DNA from: Thecamonas trahens ATCC 50062
Taxonomy: Eukaryota; Protista; Apusomonadida
Length of the DNA stretch: 64,000 nucleotides
Assembly (NCBI RefSeq): GCF_000142905.1
Contig: NW_013657616.1
Coordinates: 131,174-195,173 of the forward strand
Direction of reading: 5' to 3'
Under the pieces are notes generated by a model. That model did not search any database, had not been told where the DNA came from, and saw only the letters and a list, made by a program, of their open reading frames with translations. The position numbers and the translations under genes were made by a program. Below, piece by piece: positions 57,954 through 64,000 of this stretch. Positions within the stretch are counted from its first letter, which is position 1. Each line of letters opens with the position of its first letter.

Positions 57954-60900
57954 CTAGCGTGATGGCGGGCGATCCAGACGCTGCTGTCTGTGGCTCATCC
58001 GACCGCGGCGGAGGATGATGGGGGGGCAGTTGGAGACGACAGCGAGGATGCGGTTGGGGTCGGAGGGGTGGGGGATGGAGAGGCCGGCGTGGTTGGCAAT
58101 GGTGATGCGGATGGAGTTGTTGCGTGGGTGGGTGGAGGTGGAGCGGCGGGCGTGGAGCCAGAAGGAGAAAGGGTGGCGGGCGTGGAGGGTGTAGCCGGTG
58201 GGGGAGGGGTGCCACTCGAACGTCTCGCCGGAGTATGAGTGGGAGACCAGGTCAGGCAGCTGGCCATCCGCACTCGGCAGCGCAATCACGCCCTCCACAC
58301 CGTAGGTGTGGCCCTTCAGCACCTCACAGGAGTCCCTGTTCGCGGTGTACCGCATGGCGCCCGTCCTGTCGTCCGCAGCATGCCACACCCGCATCGTGTT
58401 GTCGAGCGACCACGAGACCAGGACAGGCAGCTGGCCATCCGCACTCGGCAGCGCAATCACACCCCGCACATACTCGGTGTGGCCCTCCAGCACCTCGCAG
58501 GAGGCAGTGTCCGCGGTGTACCGCATGGCCTCCGTCCCGTCGTCCGCAGCATGCCACATCCGGATCGTCCTGTCCTCCGACCACGAGACCAGGACAGGCG
58601 GCTGGCCATGCGCACTCGACAGCGCAATCACACCCTGCACATCGCTGGTGTGGCCCTCTAGCACCTCACAGGAGGCACTGTCCGCGGTGTACCGCATGGT
58701 GCCCGTCCCGTCGTCCGCAGCATGCCACACCCGGATCGTGTAGTCCCCCGACCACGAGACCAGGACCGGCAGCTGGCCATCCGCACTCGGCAGCGCAATC
58801 ACACCCCACACATACTTGGTGTGGCCCTCCAGCACCTCACAGGACGCACTGTCCGCGGTGTACCGCATGGCGCCCGTCCCGTCGTCCGCAGGATACCACA
58901 CCCGGATCGTGTTGTCGAGCGACCACGAGACCAGGACAGGCAGCTGGCCATCCGCACTCGGCAGCGCAATCACACCCAGCACATACTTGGTGTGGCCATC
59001 TAGCACCTCACAGGACGCACTGTCCGCGGTGTACCGCATGGTGCCCGTCCCGTCGTCCGCAGGATACCACACCCGGATCGTGTAGTCCCCCGACCACGAG
59101 ACCAGGACCGGCAGCTGGCCATCCGCACTCGGCAGCGCAATCACACCCCACACATGGCTAGTGTGGCCCTCCAGTACCTCACAGGACGCACTGTCCGCGG
59201 TGTACCGCATGGCGCCCATCCCGTCGTCCGCAGCATGCCACACCCGAATCGTGTTGTTGTCTCTCGACCACGAGACCAGGACAGGCAGCTGGCCATCCGC
59301 ACTCGGCAGCGCAATCACACCCCACACATGGCTAGTGTGGCCCTCCAGCACCTCACAGGACGCACTGTCCGCGGTGTACCGCATGGCGCCCATCCCGTCG
59401 TCCGCAGCATGCCACACCCGAATCGTGTTGTTGTCTCTCGACCACGAGACCAGGACAGGCAGCTGGCCATCCGCACTCGGCAGCGCAATCACACCCTTCA
59501 CATACTTGGTGTGGCCCTCCAGTACCTCACAGGACGCACTGTCCGCGGTGTACCGCATGGCGCCCATCCCGTCGTCCGCAGCATGCCACACCCGAATCGT
59601 GTTGTTGTCTCTCGACCACGAGACCAGGACAGGCAGCTGGCCATCCGCACTCGGCAGCGCAATCACACCCTGCACATCGCTGGTGTGGCCCTCCAGCACC
59701 TCCACGCGTTCACCAGTTTGCACGTCAAGTACGTCCACATTGTTCCCACATCCACCAGCAACCAGCGAGCCACCGATGTTGATGACATTGCCGGACGAGC
59801 CATCAAAGCGAAAGCGCTCAGCACCACGATGCGTGACAGGGTCCACGGCTCTCGATGGAATGAGAGCCCCAGACGGGACATCTTCGCTCACAGCAGCAAC
59901 CAGGTCCTTCACCGCTTTGGACGCCTTGCCATAGGCAAGTCGCGCAACGAGCTCGGTTTCGATTTGCGACTTGCCCTTCTCAATGATGTCGCGTGAGAGC
60001 GACAGCGCACGCTCGACCTCGTCAACGTCTTTGGCTCCTTCACGGCCGAGGCGCACAACACAACGCAGATCATTGAGGAGGCCACCAAGCGAGTCGTTTG
60101 CGCGGGCATTCATCCACGGCCAGGAGAGAGCAACGGCAACGGCGGCATGGTTCGCTCCGGCTGCAATTAGGTGGGAAATACCGTGGGTGATGATCCAATC
60201 GGAGGCAGTGCCAGAGGTCATGGTCTCCTTAGCGGACTCTGGCGTGGCGCCAGGCGGAGGCACCCCGGCGACAACGGCGAGGTGACGGGCAGGAAGGGAA
60301 GGGATGTCGTCAAAGCACACCTCTAGCCGATGGCGAATGTACTCGAGGTGCAGATCGTGCAGCTCGACTACGGTTATGGTGCCGCCATCCGTGGCAACGA
60401 CGCGCAGCAACGACGTCTTGGCGAGGGCATCGAGGGCCCTAGCAAACTTGATATTGCTTGCGTCGATCGCGAAGCGGAAGTTGGCGACGTCGATGGGCGC
60501 GTCTGATGGAAAGACGGCGAGCATGGCGTAAATAGCCAGCGCCACCTTGCGGACACGCTTGGGGATGGCACCGCCGAGGGTCCAAGTGATGATGTCAAAA
60601 ATGTGGGCGTACTTGGCGTCCGATCCGCCGCAATCATCGCGGTGCTCATCCATGGCAAGCTCAGTTGCATCTGCGGCGTCCTCAACAGCGTCGTCAAGCG
60701 CAGCCTCGCCAGAAATAGACGAGCCAAGGACGGCGAGGGCGAGGGCATGGCCACGGCAAAAGGTCGCGAGGGAGACGATGCGGGAATCGTTGAGAGCAAG
60801 GGTATTTGCCCACTCAGGTGAACCCTTGGCGAGGTAGTTGCGAAGGACAACAGCAGCGTCGTCCGGGGCAAAGGTACCGAGCTCGATGGAGGAGGCGGAG

Positions 60901-62195
60901 TTGGTAGCAACAGCGGCGTTACGCGAGGTGACGAGGACGGCATGCGGGGCTGCGATGTGGTTGGTAAAGACGGAGGCCTGGCGGGTGGTCCACGCATCGT
61001 CGAGGATGAGCAGGATGCGGGTGCCGGCGGCGGCGAGGGACCGGGTCTTGGCAGCAAGAATGGGTTGGAGGTCATTGAGGCCAGCTTGTGCATCGATTGC
61101 GCAACCGAGGCCTTGCTTCAGGAAGTAGGACATGCGGCTGGCAATGGCGATGGGAGATGTCTTGTCCTCACCGAGAGGGAGCCAGAAGACGGAGAAGACC
61201 GAGGTGATGGCGGGATGGATGGCGACATCGGCAGCGAGTGACGACTTGCCGACGCCACCGAGCCCGTTGACACCGACGACTGAGACGTTGTTCGCACCAA
61301 GAAGGACATTAATGACCGCATCACGAGTGTCAGGGAGCGGGTAGTACTCGGATGGGTTAGGTGGCGGCGGCATGGGCGAGGGGCGGAGGGGTGAACTGGG
61401 AACAATGGCCTGGATGCGGTCGGCAAGATCGTCGACCATGTCAACCACGCTGTCGCGAGCCGGGGAGTACGGAGCGAGGCCGCGCTCGAGGAGGGCGTAG
61501 AGAGTGCCGATGCGGGCGACTTTGAGCTCGGGCGTGAGTTCATCGTGTTCCCAGAGATCCGTGAATCGACGGTTGTTCGGGATCTGCGGCGGGAAAGCCG
61601 CCGCCATGTACGCCAGTAGAGGGTGGCTGGCATCCCGCGGGCCGTCACGCCATGCCGGCGACGAGACGGTCTCGAGCGAGAGCTCAGCGTCGGCAAAAAC
61701 CGGAAAGACCTTGCAAGTCGGATCAGCGAGGGCTGCGTTGGCCTCTGCGATGGCCCACCGTGTGACGATTGAGTACTTTGAGACAACGACGACCACAACG
61801 TGTGAGTCACGGGCAAACCGGGCGCAGTCTGCGGGATCTTGGACAATCATGGCGTCGAGCGACTTGACGTCGAGAAAGACGCGCAGACCGAGGGCAACGA
61901 GCTTGTCGCGGAGCGAGAGCATGAGCCCCTTGTCGTTGGAGCCGTGGCAGAGGAAGACATCGTATGACTTGGTGGAGGACGGCCCGGCTGGTGACGATGA
62001 CGTCGCTTCGATATGCATGTTCTGGGGGACTGCGGAGGAAAGGGTGGCCGAGCTGGCCGAGCTGGCGTTGGCGGTGAGCAGCGGGCGGGGGCGCTTGGCG
62101 GCTCGCCCGGGGTCGGCCGGTTGCCCTGCGCGGCGCTTGGCAGAACCCTGCTGCACTGGGGGGGGGTCCCATGAGTTCCCTGGGGCGGGGTCCAT
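57954..62195 (-). CDS. TIR - NB-ARC (APAF1-like STAND) - WD40 NLR-like receptor
   Basis: TIR: YDVFLCH..DK...GLRVFLD...VVSKYSI.TRWAIAEA; Walker A GLGGVGKS; Walker B LLILDDAW; VTSRN; CRGHALAL (GLPL-like); LHD (MHD-like); nine GH..WD-type repeats. Confidence 0.93.
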   Translation of the reverse strand: MDPAPGNSWDPPPVQQGSAKRRAGQPADPGRAAKRPRPLLTANASSASSATLSSAVPQNMHIEATSSSPAGPSSTKSYDVFLCHGSNDKGLMLSLRDKLVALGLRVFLDVKSLDAMIVQDPADCARFARDSHVVVVVVSKYSIVTRWAIAEANAALADPTCKVFPVFADAELSLETVSSPAWRDGPRDASHPLLAYMAAAFPPQIPNNRRFTDLWEHDELTPELKVARIGTLYALLERGLAPYSPARDSVVDMVDDLADRIQAIVPSSPLRPSPMPPPPNPSEYYPLPDTRDAVINVLLGANNVSVVGVNGLGGVGKSSLAADVAIHPAITSVFSVFWLPLGEDKTSPIAIASRMSYFLKQGLGCAIDAQAGLNDLQPILAAKTRSLAAAGTRILLILDDAWTTRQASVFTNHIAAPHAVLVTSRNAAVATNSASSIELGTFAPDDAAVVLRNYLAKGSPEWANTLALNDSRIVSLATFCRGHALALAVLGSSISGEAALDDAVEDAADATELAMDEHRDDCGGSDAKYAHIFDIITWTLGGAIPKRVRKVALAIYAMLAVFPSDAPIDVANFRFAIDASNIKFARALDALAKTSLLRVVATDGGTITVVELHDLHLEYIRHRLEVCFDDIPSLPARHLAVVAGVPPPGATPESAKETMTSGTASDWIITHGISHLIAAGANHAAVAVALSWPWMNARANDSLGGLLNDLRCVVRLGREGAKDVDEVERALSLSRDIIEKGKSQIETELVARLAYGKASKAVKDLVAAVSEDVPSGALIPSRAVDPVTHRGAERFRFDGSSGNVINIGGSLVAGGCGNNVDVLDVQTGERVEVLEGHTSDVQGVIALPSADGQLPVLVSWSRDNNTIRVWHAADDGMGAMRYTADSASCEVLEGHTKYVKGVIALPSADGQLPVLVSWSRDNNTIRVWHAADDGMGAMRYTADSASCEVLEGHTSHVWGVIALPSADGQLPVLVSWSRDNNTIRVWHAADDGMGAMRYTADSASCEVLEGHTSHVWGVIALPSADGQLPVLVSWSGDYTIRVWYPADDGTGTMRYTADSASCEVLDGHTKYVLGVIALPSADGQLPVLVSWSLDNTIRVWYPADDGTGAMRYTADSASCEVLEGHTKYVWGVIALPSADGQLPVLVSWSGDYTIRVWHAADDGTGTMRYTADSASCEVLEGHTSDVQGVIALSSAHGQPPVLVSWSEDRTIRMWHAADDGTEAMRYTADTASCEVLEGHTEYVRGVIALPSADGQLPVLVSWSLDNTMRVWHAADDRTGAMRYTANRDSCEVLKGHTYGVEGVIALPSADGQLPDLVSHSYSGETFEWHPSPTGYTLHARHPFSFWLHARRSTSTHPRNNSIRITIANHAGLSIPHPSDPNRILAVVSNCPPIILRRGRMSHRQQRLDRPPSR
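58240..59705 (-). repeat. Highly conserved coding WD40 tandem array, 171/174-nt period
   Basis: GHT-encoding GTGTGG anchors at 58306, 58477, 58648, 58819, 58990 and 59161 (171 apart), then 59335, 59509 and 59683 (174 apart). Confidence 0.97.
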
Positions 62196-62840
62196 GGGCA
62201 CAGTGAGAGGGGTGTGCGGAGTGTGCGGTAGGTGTGACGGCGAGGGCGACAGGCGGCGTTTGGGCGATTTTTTGGATATCGGGCGAGTGCCGGGGGAAGG
62301 GCCGGGGGAGAAGGTATGATTATTTCAATGAGAGTTAATTGATGGGGCTGGGCATGATTAGTTGAACGAGAAATGATTGATGTGGCGATGGTGGGGCCAG
62401 GGGGGGTGCATGCAAGCAAGGAGGGTGTGTAGTTGGGCAAAAGAAAAAAGAATGCGTTACTCGGTATTCCCGTGTGGTCCCCCACCACAGTACTAACCAA
62501 GCCTCATGCTGCTTGACTTCCGAGAGCGAGACGGGATCGGGTATTTTCAGCATAGGATGAACGCATTCGATGTATGAGCGTGTACGTGGTAGTCATGTGG
62601 TGGAGGGCGAGGGCGAAGAGCGGTCCCGGCCAGGAGATGGCGATCGGGTGATTGAGGCAAGATGTGGCTGCATCCGGCGGGTTGCGGCTGTGAGTGGGCT
62701 CTGATCTGTGAGTGGGATAGAGGTGCTTGCATTGCTGAGTCTCACCTTGTTCGGTTCCTTCTGTGCGATGTGGCGAGAACCACAGCTCGCCGACGTCCAC
62801 GGCCTCCGTACGTACATGCACAACTGCGCTGACAACCATC

Positions 62841-62960
62841 ATGGACTTTGAATATCAAGGTCACCTCGGCTTTGTTGACTCGATCGAGGATGCGCTCGAG
62901 ACGCTTCCGGAGAGCCCGGCCGTTACCTTCTCCAACAGCGTCTACGGCGTTTGGCGCGGT
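62841..62960 (+). CDS. Possible start of a gene running into an N-gap
   Basis: ATG in ACCATCATGG context; MDFEYQGHLGFVDSIEDALETLPESP with coding-like GC3. Confidence 0.35.
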
Positions 62961-64000
62961 NNNNNNNNNNNNNNNNNNNNNNNNNNNNNNNNNNNNNNNN
63001 NNNNNNNNNNNNNNNNNNNNNNNNNNNNNNNNNNNNNNNNNNNNNNNNNNNNNNNNNNNNNNNNNNNNNNNNNNNNNNNNNNNNNNNNNNNNNNNNNNNN
63101 NNNNNNNNNNNNNNNNNNNNNNNNNNNNNNNNNNNNNNNNNNNNNNNNNNNNNNNNNNNNNNNNNNNNNNNNNNNNNNNNNNNNNNNNNNNNNNNNNNNN
63201 NNNNNNNNNNNNNNNNNNNNNNNNNNNNNNNNNNNNNNNNNNNNNNNNNNNNNNNNNNNNNNNNNNNNNNNNNNNNNNNNNNNNNNNNNNNNNNNNNNNN
63301 NNNNNNNNNNNNNNNNNNNNNNNNNNNNNNNNNNNNNNNNNNNNNNNNNNNNNNNNNNNNNNNNNNNNNNNNNNNNNNNNNNNNNNNNNNNNNNNNNNNN
63401 NNNNNNNNNNNNNNNNNNNNNNNNNNNNNNNNNNNNNNNNNNNNNNNNNNNNNNNNNNNNNNNNNNNNNNNNNNNNNNNNNNNNNNNNNNNNNNNNNNNN
63501 NNNNNNNNNNNNNNNNNNNNNNNNNNNNNNNNNNNNNNNNNNNNNNNNNNNNNNNNNNNNNNNNNNNNNNNNNNNNNNNNNNNNNNNNNNNNNNNNNNNN
63601 NNNNNNNNNNNNNNNNNNNNNNNNNNNNNNNNNNNNNNNNNNNNNNNNNNNNNNNNNNNNNNNNNNNNNNNNNNNNNNNNNNNNNNNNNNNNAGCGCGCT
63701 CTTGACGAAGAACGACGACGTTGCATCGACCGCTAGGGCGGTGGTGCCCAGGCTGCCGTGCGGCTACGGTGGACGAAGCGTGGTCGGCTTGTTGTTTGCC
63801 CAGCCCATGAACGGCGTGGCAGTCGTCATGCCAGCGGTAACGTCGGCGAGGAGGACGATGGCGTTGGCGTCAGCAGATCTCGGCTGCGAGCGAGGGTGGC
63901 AGTCGGCATGCGCAACGCCTCGATGGCAGAGATCAGATTGCGGCCGCGGGGCGTGAGCCAGGGTGCGTGTGCGGGCGGCGGCGATGAGGACAACGAGCGA

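Noticed and set aside
58124-59996. Overlapping plus-strand repeat proteins across the WD40 array
   Set aside because: A by-product of a repeat unit with few antisense stops and a length divisible by three.
1-64000. tRNA or rRNA genes
   Set aside because: None recognised by eye; a tRNAscan/Infernal run would be needed to exclude them.

Overview
GC-rich, gene-dense, intron-poor eukaryotic DNA with six N-gaps. Flagellar genes (RSPH9, an NME8-type thioredoxin), FG-GAP/7TM receptor paralogues and the compact layout suggest a flagellated protist, possibly an apusomonad such as Thecamonas (inference, not verified). About 22 protein-coding loci are supported: a TKL kinase, a BAR-like/SH3/WH2/acidic protein, an ABCA transporter, two FG-GAP/beta-helix/Cys-rich/multi-TM receptors, WDR55, a piggyBac relic, RSPH9, presequence protease, a Myb/SANT protein, an EXPERA protein, a TPR/zinc-knuckle protein, an ependymin-like protein, a Trx-IQ-PDZ protein, a membrane-anchored S1/P1 nuclease, a CfaD-like cathepsin, a SPRY protein, an ARF, an EF-hand/WD40 protein, an ornithine-cyclodeaminase-family enzyme, a Zn2Cys6 factor and a TIR-NB-ARC-WD40 protein. 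The strongest finding is the TIR-NB-ARC-WD40 gene. Its near-identical 171/174-nt WD repeats vary mainly at a few codons and are shuffled as a mosaic, like fungal HET-E/NWD non-self receptors. Also notable: 6-8 reading-frame breaks that all need one extra base, mostly in short homopolymers (probably assembly error, but testable); a candidate new Arp2/3 activator; and AT-rich minisatellites that share core motifs.
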